64,000 bases of DNA from Microcoleus sp. (GCA_042408215.1 JAYFMW010000006.1:768001-832000), one strand, 5' to 3'. Counted from the first letter of the stretch, positions 1 through 9,424 are shown. The notes: a model not told the origin generated them from the sequence alone. A program made the numbers and translations.

Positions 1-287
1 AACTCTTCCGTGCCGTCGAGGGGATCGATACACCAGAGGCGCTGGTAATTCGCCCCGTAGGCTGCTCTTGAGGCGACGTTTTCCTCGGTGATGATGCCAT
101 CTTCAGGAAACAGGGCGCAAAATGCTGCTGATAGCTTTTCGTCTAGGAATCGATCGATACTCGTCACGTAGTCATTGGGCCCTTTCTCGGAAACTTCAAA
201 GGGTAAGGCTGCGAGTTGGTGAGCTTGTTGACCCCACAGGCGGAGGTAAGAGCGAATTTTTTGGTCTTGAGCGGCAGAAATCTCCAT
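1..287 (-). CDS. Inositol monophosphatase / CysQ-family phosphatase, N-terminal part (runs off window start)
   Basis: Manual translation from ATG at 287: MEISAAQDQKIR...DYVTSID...GIITEE...WCIDPLDGTEE; DPLDGT is the IMPase metal-binding motif. Not in the ORF track. Confidence 0.85.
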   Translation of the reverse strand, partial: MEISAAQDQKIRSYLRLWGQQAHQLAALPFEVSEKGPNDYVTSIDRFLDEKLSAAFCALFPEDGIITEENVASRAAYGANYQRLWCIDPLDGTEE

Positions 288-388
288 GCGCTTATCATAA
301 ATCTTTCAACTTCAGAATAAGACTATAGATGTTTTAGTAGAAAGGCTGCGATCGCTCTAAACTGGCCCGATAGTACCAATATCAGCAA

Positions 389-636
389 CGGGCTAGAAGC
401 CCGTTCCACAAAACAGAAATTTTATTGTGGAACAGGCATCTTGCCTGTTCATCTAAAAACTTGTGGAACAGGCATCTTGCCTGTTCATCTAAAAACTTGT
501 GGAACAGGCATCTTGCCTGTTCATCTAAAACTTGTGAAACAGGCATCTTTCCTGTTCATTAAAAATCACGGGCTAGAAGCCCGTTCCACAAAACAGAAAT
601 TTTATTGTGGAACAGGCATCTTGCCTGTTCATTAAA
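389..636. repeat. Intergenic cluster of palindromic REP-like units
   Basis: TGTGGAACAGGCATCTTGCCTGTTC about 5 times (one degenerate) and CGGGCTAGAAGCCCGTTCCACA twice. Confidence 0.85.
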
Positions 637-638
637 AA

Positions 639-2564
639 TCAAGACTCCCTTCCAGAAGCCCATTTATCCCGCCATTTTACCGTCCCTTCCGAAGCCAAAA
701 CCCACCGCCGACAAACCAAATTTTCTCGCAGCGGCGACAATCCTTCCCGCAGCAGCACATACTTATAAGCAATCAGCTTACCCGCACTTTCATCAAAAGG
801 AATTTCCCCAAACCAAGTATTAGTATTGATGTACTCCAGCGGATAAGCCTTACTAATATCCCAATTACCCAATTCAGGACAATCACCGATGACCACAATT
901 CTTTCCCCCGGCTGACTCTTCACGCTATTAAGCTGCGCCCGCACAATAGTTTTCCCCTTAACTCGATCGCCCACATGACTAAAAATCATCACTCCCCGCG
1001 AGCCTAATTCTAAATTATACAGCATTCCCTCTTTCACTTCAAACTTGCGACGCGATAAAACCTCCATATGTTCTCCATCTGGCAACTCAGTATCAACAGA
1101 TTCAACAGTAACAGCATTGCCGCGATTCATCGCTACAAACACCACCGAATCCCGATAGAGGCGCACGTAACAATAAACATCAGGAGTCAGATATTTTTGC
1201 CACTGACTCCCCATAGAAATAGCAGGATTCAGCCGTCGCAATTCTGACAGCAACCGTAGATCTCGGTAAAGCGGCGAATCAGTATCCCACTTTTCCATCA
1301 TCGGGCGGTTGTAAGGATCATTCCCGTCCTCTGTATCATCGTGCAGATACTGTTCAGTACCATAATAAATGCACGGAATACCACGAATTGTCTGAATTAA
1401 ATTAATCGCCAACCTGAGCATTTGTGGCTCGGGATTCAATGATTGAAACCGAGGCATATCATGATTATCAATAAAGGTAATCAACTCCGTCGCCCCGTAG
1501 TAGCGGTGATCCAAATCAAGTACATCTTGAATCAACTGAAATCCCATCTCAGCACCCTGTGCTAATGCTCCTCTAATTGCCACACACAAACCGAAATCTA
1601 AAATAGTCATCCCCGAATTGTTGACAAATTCGACAGAACGGTGATTTCTGGGGTCGCTGTAAATCCACTCACCAAAGATAAAAACATCAGGTCTGTGTGT
1701 TAAGATATCCGCAGTAAATTCCTGCCAAAACCAGATAGGCATATGCTTTACAGTATCAACTCGCAAAGCATCAACACCTCGATCCAGCCACTGTTTAATT
1801 GCTGATTTAATGTAACTGCGGTAGGCCGTATTATTTTCATTGAAAGTCGCCAAACCGGACAGTTCGCAGTTGTGAACTTGCCATTCATCTTCCCAATTTG
1901 TCACTTCGCCGTAGTGGTGATACCAGTTATCTTCATCGTCGTTAAAATCAGCTATTTTTACCCCATCGTCATAGAGTTCTCCTTTTTTACCACTAAAATC
2001 CGGGTTGCTGTGGTTGCAGACAATATCAAGGACCAGTTTCATTTTTCGCTGGTGCAACTCCTCTACTAATTTGTCAAATACTGTATCTTTGGTTTCTTGT
2101 GTTTGGTTGACAGAAGGATTATCACCTTTGGCAATAAACCGAGGATTTAGTCGCTTGAAATCTTTAGTCCAGTAGCCATGCATCGCAGCTTGTTCCACAA
2201 ATAAAGCTTCTACTTGCTCGAACAGAGGAGTCAGCCAAACAGCAGTTACTCCCATGTCTTTTAAGTAGTCGAGTTTGTCAATTATTCCCTGCAAATCGCC
2301 GCCCCAATATTTGCCCCAGTCTTTCCCTTCAGGATCGTAAAGTTCTGGATTTGGGCCTTCGTTATTTTCCGGGTCGCCATCGTAAAAGCGATCGACTACA
2401 ATGAAATAAATTGTTTCTTGTCGAAATTCAATGTCTCTAGTGTAGAGGAATTCTAAATCAATTTCGCTTGATGGTTTAACTTCTGCTACCAAAGAGTCAA
2501 TTTTTTCTTCTGCTTTGGTAGTTTCGTATTGATCTAAAACTTGAGTAGGAGTGACTGGTTTCAT
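639..2564 (-). CDS. GH13 alpha-amylase / cyclomaltodextrin glucanotransferase-like protein with C-terminal CBM20
   Basis: GH13 motifs DRFYDGD, GGDLQG, HGYW, RVDTVKH, GEW, FIDNHD; starch-binding tail VIGDCPELGNWD...YKY. Confidence 0.92.
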   Translation of the reverse strand: MKPVTPTQVLDQYETTKAEEKIDSLVAEVKPSSEIDLEFLYTRDIEFRQETIYFIVVDRFYDGDPENNEGPNPELYDPEGKDWGKYWGGDLQGIIDKLDYLKDMGVTAVWLTPLFEQVEALFVEQAAMHGYWTKDFKRLNPRFIAKGDNPSVNQTQETKDTVFDKLVEELHQRKMKLVLDIVCNHSNPDFSGKKGELYDDGVKIADFNDDEDNWYHHYGEVTNWEDEWQVHNCELSGLATFNENNTAYRSYIKSAIKQWLDRGVDALRVDTVKHMPIWFWQEFTADILTHRPDVFIFGEWIYSDPRNHRSVEFVNNSGMTILDFGLCVAIRGALAQGAEMGFQLIQDVLDLDHRYYGATELITFIDNHDMPRFQSLNPEPQMLRLAINLIQTIRGIPCIYYGTEQYLHDDTEDGNDPYNRPMMEKWDTDSPLYRDLRLLSELRRLNPAISMGSQWQKYLTPDVYCYVRLYRDSVVFVAMNRGNAVTVESVDTELPDGEHMEVLSRRKFEVKEGMLYNLELGSRGVMIFSHVGDRVKGKTIVRAQLNSVKSQPGERIVVIGDCPELGNWDISKAYPLEYINTNTWFGEIPFDESAGKLIAYKYVLLREGLSPLRENLVCRRWVLASEGTVKWRDKWASGRES

Positions 2565-3013
2565 GAGATGTGTTTTTTTATAGGTGAAACTAATCAGTTA
2601 AAGTTAGGGTCAGTAGCCGATCGCCCTTCAAACCAACTTTGATAAAATCATAAATAATTTACCTGTTTAATAACATCTTCCTTTAGACAGATTGCGGACT
2701 CGTCTATATATAGGTTTGTAATGAGAACGACCGTCATCATAAAACTCTGAGGACGGTCGTCTGCTCAACCGAGGACAATTCATAAGCTGAAAATTAAGCT
2801 GTCTTGACTGATTTAAATTATCACAGGACTTACGCAGCTATTGTGTCTGTCATTCTGATCCAACGCATCCTGAGCATTGCGAAGGATCAGGACTGCAAAG
2901 AATCGAGCGAGATTCTTCACTTCCTTCCCTTCACTCAGGACTCAGAATGACAAAATTACGTTGAAATGCGTCCAGGACTATTATAAATGATGTACTAAAA
3001 AAACAGAACACCC

Positions 3014-3046
3014 AGATACCGGACTTCTTAAAGAAGTCCGGTATCT
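3014..3046. terminator. Perfect inverted repeat (terminator or REP-like hairpin) downstream of the 3085-3579 gene
   Basis: AGATACCGGACTTCT-TAA-AGAAGTCCGGTATCT. Confidence 0.55.
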
Positions 3047-3084
3047 AACAGAAAAGCGTTTTACGTTTAATTAAGTTGACATAC

Positions 3085-3579
3085 TTATTCGGTCAAATCG
3101 ACTTTTCGAATCTCTTCTAGCGTCATATCCAAGCATTGCGCGATTTGCTCATCGCTCAAACCTACTGCTTGTAAGCGATCGATCGCCTCAATTTTCGCCC
3201 GCTGCTTTCCCCGCAAAAACTCAGGCGACTCTTCCTGTGACGTGCAGATATTCAGCGATCCGATTACATTACCGCTACCAACATTGCCATTACCAAAGAT
3301 AGTGAACTTGTGACTATTAACAATCCCTTTCCGTAATAACACTGAGCGCAAGTTTAATTTATTAACCTCTTCTCCGAAAGCATCAGAGAACAACTCCCAT
3401 AGCTCGTAGCCCACATCTTTAGCATAACCCTCAGTACAGTTCAGCCCTTGGGCAATATCTCCGTACTTTTGCCGCTTCAAAACGCCCTCAATCACGCCAA
3501 ATTGCATATCATCTAAATGCTTGCCAGTTTTCGCAAAGACCACTTCATCTGCAAAAGCCAGTGCTTCTTGAACGTTCAT
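3085..3579 (-). CDS. Putative DNA-binding protein: cyanobacterial N-terminal HTH (type found on NB-ARC/vWA-MoxR-associated proteins) plus an Rpn-like C-terminal helical tail
   Basis: VFAKTGKHLDDMQ...QKYGDIA...YAKDVGYELWELFSDAFGEEVNKLNLRS; tail AKIEAIDRLQAVGLSDEQIAQCL. Confidence 0.7.
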   Translation of the reverse strand: MNVQEALAFADEVVFAKTGKHLDDMQFGVIEGVLKRQKYGDIAQGLNCTEGYAKDVGYELWELFSDAFGEEVNKLNLRSVLLRKGIVNSHKFTIFGNGNVGSGNVIGSLNICTSQEESPEFLRGKQRAKIEAIDRLQAVGLSDEQIAQCLDMTLEEIRKVDLTE

Positions 3580-3778
3580 CAGGTTTCCTCAAAAGCCCAC
3601 AATCATAAAATTATAACCGTCTAGATCCGACTATTTTCGCCTTCAATACAAAAACGATTGAATAGCTCTTAAATTTTTCTGCATTATCCGACTTTTTTCG
3701 ACTTTTTTCGACTAGACAAATCCATCTGCAAGTTGTATTGTTGTGAGTTTAAAACCATCGCTCAATAAAAATCCACTT

Positions 3779-4009
3779 ATGACGACTACCCAGCTCGCTC
3801 TCGACAAGAAAGCATATCCTTTGATGATGCACCTGAGCATCTTGCCGAAGTACGACATCTCCGAAGATCCATCTATTAGCTAAGATCCCAGCACGCAAAC
3901 CTCTAACATCACCTCCATGAGCGGCTCCTGGTGTACTCGGAGTGCCTGCTTTTCTGAAGGTGTTTGACCTTTTCAAACATTCGATGATGATCGACAAGAA
4001 GATGATTAA
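3779..4009 (+). pseudogene. Putative graspetide (ATP-grasp RiPP) precursor with two in-frame stop codons
   Basis: Manual translation: MTTTQLALDKKAYPLMMHLSILPKYDISEDPSIS*DPSTQTSNITSMSGSWCTRSACFSEGV*PFQTFDDDRQEDD*. Stops TAA 3881-3883 and TGA 3965-3967. Ser/Thr-rich core with an acidic tail; same strand as the ligase and about 420 bp upstream of it. Confidence 0.7.
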
Positions 4010-4065
4010 AACTTCTCCTGAGTAATAGATTTTCAAACGGCTCTCTTATTTTTTAAAATACCTAT

Positions 4066-4169
4066 ATAGCAGTTTTAAATCGGATGAAATACAGCAGACG
4101 GCTGTAGGGACACGGCAGTGCCGTGTCCCTACCGCACATCTGTACTTCACTCAACTGAGAAATGCTATA
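4066..4169. repeat. MITE-like element with TATAGCA...TGCTATA ends and internal palindrome
   Basis: Internal GTAGGGACACGGCAGTGCCGTGTCCCTAC, near-identical copy at about 19056-19085. Ends resemble the TA-TAGCA termini of the IS630 at 13626. Confidence 0.6.
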
Positions 4170-4431
4170 AGTAGAAGTCCGATGGAAGTCGTTCGATGGA
4201 AGTCGGAAGAATGCTCATACAGCAAGCTTTTTAGCCACCAGTATCTTACGTTGAATTAAGTGGATTTACTTAATATTTTTCGTCCTACAGGTCTTTGGCC
4301 CTTGACTATACTTACAGTGGAATGTGAACAGACATATCCACATCTGAAATAGTAAAGTCATTACCTAGCAATGGTTTTAGCTATCGTGCTATACTCAATA
4401 GACTTACAAGCTGCTGTACTATAATGTAGTT

Positions 4432-5436
4432 ATGACCGACCTTTTAATCGTGACTTCCGAGACAGACATTCATGCGGATGTTGTGATCGAGGAATTGCAA
4501 AAATCGAATATTCGAGCAATTCGCTTAAATTCAGAAAGTTTTATTCAAAAAAGTCAGTATTTTTATGAATGGCAAGCTTCTGGCCATCCCATTCAAAGTT
4601 TTTTGTCTTTTGAAGACTCCTTCAAAGAAGTGCAAGAAGTCGGCGTGATTTGGTGGCTAAAACCAGAACATTATCAAGTCTTTCCAGAAGTTAATGCTCC
4701 TTGGGGATTCAAGTATTGTCAACAGGAAACAGAATCTTTGATTGACTCTCTTTCTGGACTATATCCCAAAGCTAGATGGGTCAATCACTACTCCAAAATT
4801 AGATTTCCATCTAATCGAATTAACCAGATTCCAACGGCTCACAAGCTGGGAATTACTATCCCTCCAACACTCGTCACCAATTCCTACGATGCTGCTTGCA
4901 ACTTTGTGATACAACAGGGAAAGTGCCTTGTAAAACCGATGCGCTACTCTGGTTTTTTACATGATAAAAAGCAGTACGATTGCTATACTAGCCCCATTGA
5001 TTTAGAAACAATTGAGCAATTTCGAGAGAGCATTCGATTAGCACCCGTTTTTATTCAAAAACGAATTCAAAAGAAGGCAGAATATTGCGTTACGTTAATT
5101 GGTAAGCAAAGTTTTGTCTGCCGCATTGATGCTCAACATACCAAGGATTCAGGTGTGACTTTGGATTGGCGCGTCACGGAACCGGAGAAACTCGTTCACG
5201 TTCCCGACAAATTGCCAATGGATTACCTCAACAAACTTCATCAAATGCTTGACGAGTTAGGTTTAAATTTTGGTGCATTCGATATCATTCGCGATCGGGA
5301 TGATACGCTCTATTTTATCGAACTCAATCCCAACGGACGGTGGTATTGGATCGAAATTCTCACTAAAATGCCTATGGTTCGCGCAATGGTGGAACTCATC
5401 GAAGATTTAGCGCTTCAATATCAACAGGATTGCTGA
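4432..5436 (+). CDS. ATP-grasp peptide ligase, MvdC/MvdD (graspetide synthetase) family, possibly degenerate
   Basis: LIVT..D.HAD.V, WVNH, GITIPPTLVTN, VKP, PVFIQKRIQK, LDWR, GLNFGAFDII, FIELNPNGRWYWIE. Confidence 0.88.
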   Translation: MTDLLIVTSETDIHADVVIEELQKSNIRAIRLNSESFIQKSQYFYEWQASGHPIQSFLSFEDSFKEVQEVGVIWWLKPEHYQVFPEVNAPWGFKYCQQETESLIDSLSGLYPKARWVNHYSKIRFPSNRINQIPTAHKLGITIPPTLVTNSYDAACNFVIQQGKCLVKPMRYSGFLHDKKQYDCYTSPIDLETIEQFRESIRLAPVFIQKRIQKKAEYCVTLIGKQSFVCRIDAQHTKDSGVTLDWRVTEPEKLVHVPDKLPMDYLNKLHQMLDELGLNFGAFDIIRDRDDTLYFIELNPNGRWYWIEILTKMPMVRAMVELIEDLALQYQQDC

Positions 5437-5628
5437 ATTTGATCGGGAATTACACATTTTATTGGCATTGCTTTGTTCCTCGCAATGACCAGGTATCAGC
5501 GCTGGGATTGCTTCGTTCCTCGCAATGACAAGGTATCAGCAAGGACAAGGTATCAACGAACTACAGCCACCGCCGACTCTGGCACCTGAGAATGCTCCAC
5601 CCGGAACACATTCGAGTTCAAATTAGCA

Positions 5629-5924
5629 TTGACACTCCCCCGTCTGAAGACACGGGGATTCTTAAGGACAAACTTTGGGGGATGAATCCACCCAAACTTC
5701 GGTTCTTAAAGGGTAAGTCAGATACCCGCTACCCACACAGCGAGTTGCTGAGTCTATGGCTACTTTGGTGCCTAACGGCTTGCAACTGTCGGGTTTTTCA
5801 CCAACTAGGTTTCAACAACTTTATCAAACCAAAATCGGTTTGTCAAGATGGGGCAGGCAGGATAAATCCTGCCACGCCCTTTCATACCTGGACTAAAGTC
5901 GCAGGGTTTTCAGGGTATTTCTTA
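5629..5924 (-). mobile_element. Non-autonomous IS200/IS605 mini-element: left end, internal promoter, tnpB 3'-end/omegaRNA and right end, with no protein ORF
   Basis: Minus strand: TTAT|AAGAAAATACCCTGAAAACCCTGCGACTTTAGTCCAGG ... AGAATCCCCGTGTCTTCAGACGGGGGAGTGTCAA|. The right end resembles those at 27436, 31165 and 8207. The interior reads KVAIDSATRCVGSGYLTYPLR, like a TnpB C-terminal tail. Confidence 0.8.
5818..5846 (-). promoter_or_regulatory. sigma70-type promoter inside the mini-element, pointing toward its right end
   Basis: TTGACA (5846-5841), 17-nt spacer, TAAAGT (5823-5818), with a TG extended -10. Confidence 0.7.
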
Positions 5925-6138
5925 TAAGCAGAATCTCCTGTCCCACCAAGGTCACTAAAATAGTGTGTTCCACATTGTGGTAAAGAGCATCGCTATTAGC
6001 AATATTTTCCAAAGTCATACCAGCTACCCAAGCAATAATCTCTCCATAGTCGGACTTGAAGCTGCCGTAAGTATGGCGGTAGCCTTCAATTAGCCGATTC
6101 ACGAAAGCTTCTATCAGCAGTTCAGTTCCGTTAAACAT
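5925..6138 (-). pseudogene. N-terminal fragment of a cyanobacterial HD-domain metal-dependent phosphohydrolase (Npun_R2479-like)
   Basis: MFNGTELLI...LENIANSDALYHNVEHTILVTLVGQEIL, cut off at the mini-element left end; no continuation found on the other side. Confidence 0.7.
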
Positions 6139-6746
6139 ATTCAGTTCCCTTATCCAAACTAGCTTGTTAAATTATTTTTATATTTATTTTTTTTCGGCTA
6201 GTATTTGCTCTGAATTTTCACCGAACCTATTAGGCGGATGCCAGCTCTTATCTAGAAGCATATATTGATATTATCAACGATAATCGCTTAAATTAGCGAT
6301 CGAACAACTAGCCACTCAACACACCCTGTAAATAATTTGGAGCAATGTGCGATGAGGTATCACACCCTTCAATCACCAGTACAACAATCAAGCAATTTGG
6401 TCTCTTGCCCCCGGATTCATCTGTGGAGACTTTAAAAAGCGTAGCATCGTTCCTAACAAGCCCCCGAATTCATTCTCCTAGCGCAGGCTGACTGACGGGA
6501 GTAATTCTCACACTTCGGCTACCCGTTCGACTACACTTCGGCTTCCCTCAGGGGGGCCCGCTTTTGTGACCGGTGATTTTCAACCCGAACAATTGTGATC
6601 TATATCACCTCCCGCAGCCTGAACAAGAGCTATAGTAGGGTAAGGGTTCAAAAAATAATAAGTGCATCTCTCCACCATTCCTATCCCCAGCCCTCGTCTG
6701 CGATATATTACCCGGTCTACTTAATCATCAAGGTTCCAGGCAGTCT

Positions 6747-6980
6747 GTAACGAGCGGGCTAAAGCCACTGAGCTTGTAAGAGCAATCGAATCAAGCTGTA
6801 CTGACCAGCTATCGTCTTAACTGACTACGTTATTTGAGTCACGACACTCCTTGAATGCGACGCTAGTTTTCCGCTCTGTCATGTACGGTTAAACAGTCTT
6901 AAAGTCACGCTCGACAGTGCCGTATGTCTAACAAGCTCTGATCGCAAAGGCGTGCGTCGCATTACCCCGCAAGGGAGGCT
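6747..6980 (+). ncRNA. HEARO RNA / IscB omegaRNA scaffold (partly degenerate near its 3' end)
   Basis: HEARO landmarks in order: GACCAGC...ACTACGTTA...GAATGC..GCTAGTT..CTCTG...GTTAAACAG...CAGTG...ACAAGC...CATTACCCCGCAAGGGAGG. Confidence 0.75.
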
Positions 6981-7176
6981 ATAAGAGAGCACAGATTATG
7001 CGTACAGGATTGGAAGGTTTGAGGCGGTAACTGTCCCGTTGAAAGTACATCACAAAAGTACACCAAATCAAGCAATCCCAAGGCGGTAGTGGAAAGATTC
7101 AAGGCGGTTGAAACCGCCCGCGTCGTTTCCCTCTCTAGGCTGAAGCCACTGAGTTTCCCACTTACCGAGTATTTTT
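6747..7176 (+). mobile_element. Protein-less IscB-type IS200/IS605 mini-element
   Basis: Matching subterminal motifs GGCTAAAGCCACTGAGCTT (6757-6775) and GGCTGAAGCCACTGAGTTT (7138-7156). The element ends directly before ATGA. No PLMP/RRXRR/HNH ORF inside. Confidence 0.75.
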
Positions 7177-7992
7177 ATGATTCAAGAAAACAATAAAGAT
7201 GCCGACCTTTCTCAACGCCGATATACAGATACTGTGCTGGAAAAAATCCCCGTAGAAGTTAAAGATTGGGCAGAAAGCCTGCCTTGGAACCAGCGCCGTT
7301 ACCTATTGTCCCTCTGTTACATATTGTGCGCGTCCACTCCCGACTTGCAAGCAGAATTTTTAGATGACTACACCGCTGACGGCTTAATTTCAAAAATGTT
7401 TGAAGACGTAGATACTCTGCACCGAGTCAAAGAGTATTTAATCAGGTTCCGAGTCAAAAAAGAATTAAACGAATCAGATTTAAGAAGCTACATCAAACAA
7501 TTTTACATCCACTCAGCTCAACAAGCACTCCGGGAAACTGACCAGTATTTAGAATCTGCACTCCGCTTCGTCTTGAGTACAGAAGAACGCAATAATGTTT
7601 TCAACTACATTTTAGGTTTTGAATTTCTTAAGATTGTGTTTCAAATGAGCTGGCTGCAACACGAACGATTGGCTAGGCTACAAAAAAATCAGTCGCAGTT
7701 TCTTGACACCTATATCAAACCGATTCAACACGCACACAAAATTAACGGCATAATTGTACCGAAAGATGAGAAGATTTTTTTTGCTAGACGCGCTTATTAC
7801 GTTCAAATGCCTAACATTTCCAACAACAAAGTAATTGAGTTAGTTATGGCAAGTTTTAGTACAGAAATGGTGAGTAACTGCGGGTTTTCTATCAGTCGCC
7901 ACTCTCAAGCTTTGCGGTTTGACTGCGATTACATTTACCATCCCGAACCTGAAGAAGAAAGATTTCCTACGGAATTGCAATTTATTTATTGA
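7177..7992 (+). CDS. Conserved cyanobacterial hypothetical protein
   Basis: 271-aa ORF with normal composition (WAESLPWNQRRY...FLDDYTADGL...FYIHSAQ); function not recognised. Confidence 0.7.
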   Translation: MIQENNKDADLSQRRYTDTVLEKIPVEVKDWAESLPWNQRRYLLSLCYILCASTPDLQAEFLDDYTADGLISKMFEDVDTLHRVKEYLIRFRVKKELNESDLRSYIKQFYIHSAQQALRETDQYLESALRFVLSTEERNNVFNYILGFEFLKIVFQMSWLQHERLARLQKNQSQFLDTYIKPIQHAHKINGIIVPKDEKIFFARRAYYVQMPNISNNKVIELVMASFSTEMVSNCGFSISRHSQALRFDCDYIYHPEPEEERFPTELQFIY

Positions 7993-8277
7993 CAATCAAG
8001 CAATTGGGCCAGGAGCCCGCGGATTGAGCCGTGGGGTGAATTCTTCAATACGCATTTCCAGAAAAGCCTGTTTAGAAGAGGCAGGATACCTGTTTCACAA
8101 TAATTATTGGAGATGTCTAATGTAAAATCGAAAATCCATAAAACCCGGTTTCTGTGGGAGTAGAGAAAAAATTTTAACTCTGCCTTGTGGAAGATAGTCT
8201 TAATTGTTGACATACTCACCCCCGCTGAAGCAGCGGTGATTCTTGACGCTTCACTGACTGATGCTACCGAAGTAGTC

Positions 8278-9315
8278 TTACTCTGTCTCTGCGTCCTGAA
8301 GCGAGTCGTGGGTATGCCCTATCCCGACTTTTTCTATATTTTTCGCTGCATTTTCATCTCGATCGTGTTCAGTGCCACAATTCAAGCATTGAACCGATCG
8401 GATTTTTCAATCCAATTTTCCCCATTTGAAACCGCAATCCGAGCAGACTTGGCTAGTAGGTTCCCATCTGCTAACTACTTTGAACTCCCTGCCAAACTTC
8501 TCGGACTTAGCCTCACAGAGAGTCCTAAACTCTCTCCATCCTTGCTGACTAATGGCTCTTGATAATTTCCGATTCTTCACCATGCCTGACACATTCAAAT
8601 CTTCCAAAATAATAGTTTGGTTTTCACTAACAATTTTGGTAGATAATTTGTGCAGGAAATCTTTGCGGGTATCCGCAATTTGATTGTGCAGTTTAGCAAT
8701 CTGAATCCGAGTTCTATTTCTACGTTTCGAGTCTTTTTGCTGACGTGCCAACTTCTTTTGGAGTTTGCGAACTTTCCGGTCTAATTCCTTGTAGGAAAGA
8801 CTTTCACATCTCTCGCCATTGCTCATCACCGCAAAGGTTTTAATCCCTAAATCGATGCCGACACTTTGATTATTGGCTTCTACTTGGATTGGTTCAATCT
8901 CTACGACAAAACTTAAGAAATAGCGTTCGGCACAGTCTTTAATCACCGTGACAGAGCTAGGTGACGAAGGGAGATTTCTCGACCATATTGGATTAACAAT
9001 TCCAATCTTGGCTAAGTAAATACCATGATCTTTAAAGGAGAACCCTCCAATTCTAAAACGCGCCGATTGGTTATTTGTTCTTTTCTTGAATTTAGGATAA
9101 CCAACTTTACGACCTGGACGCTTTCCTTTGCAGGAGTTGAAAAAGTTTTTAAAAGCTATCTCTAAATCGGCAACTGACTGTTGCAGTGGAATATTTGAGA
9201 CCTCAGATAACCACGCACGTTCAGAGGTTAACTTAGCCTGAGTGATTACTAACTTTTGGAGTTCACTAGACTTTGGCTTTTTCCCTGACTGCTTGCAGAG
9301 AGCCTGAGCATCATT
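8278..9315 (-). pseudogene. tnpB: tnpB exon 2 (downstream of the group II intron), with a nonsense codon at 8407-8409
   Basis: NDAQALCK...GIDLG...ILEDL...CSDCG..KLD*KIRSVQCLNCGTEHDRDENAA; in frame with exon 1 after splicing. Confidence 0.88.
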
Positions 9316-9424
9316 GTTAGAGTCGATAGAGGCATTTCTACCTCTACCTCTCTTTCAGAACGGAACGTGAAACTTTCGTCTCATTCCGCTCCTCGATATC
9401 TTCATCCTTTTTTATGGACACAAT

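Noticed and set aside
389..636. Possible CRISPR array
   Set aside because: The sequences between repeats are short and near-identical, and there is no leader or cas gene; this is a REP-like cluster.
3881..3967. Stop-codon recoding or read-through in the precursor
   Set aside because: Two different stops (TAA and TGA) are involved and both terminate normal genes in this window; decay is simpler.
3749..4036. 95-aa minus-strand ORF from the track
   Set aside because: No recognisable family; it is the antisense shadow of the plus-strand precursor-like frame.
5592..5927. 111-aa plus-strand ORF
   Set aside because: Runs antisense through the mini-element and has no protein motifs.
7005..7115. 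GTTGAAAG / GTGGAAAG motifs resembling CRISPR repeat ends
   Set aside because: No full-length repeated unit; they lie inside the IscB-derived remnant.
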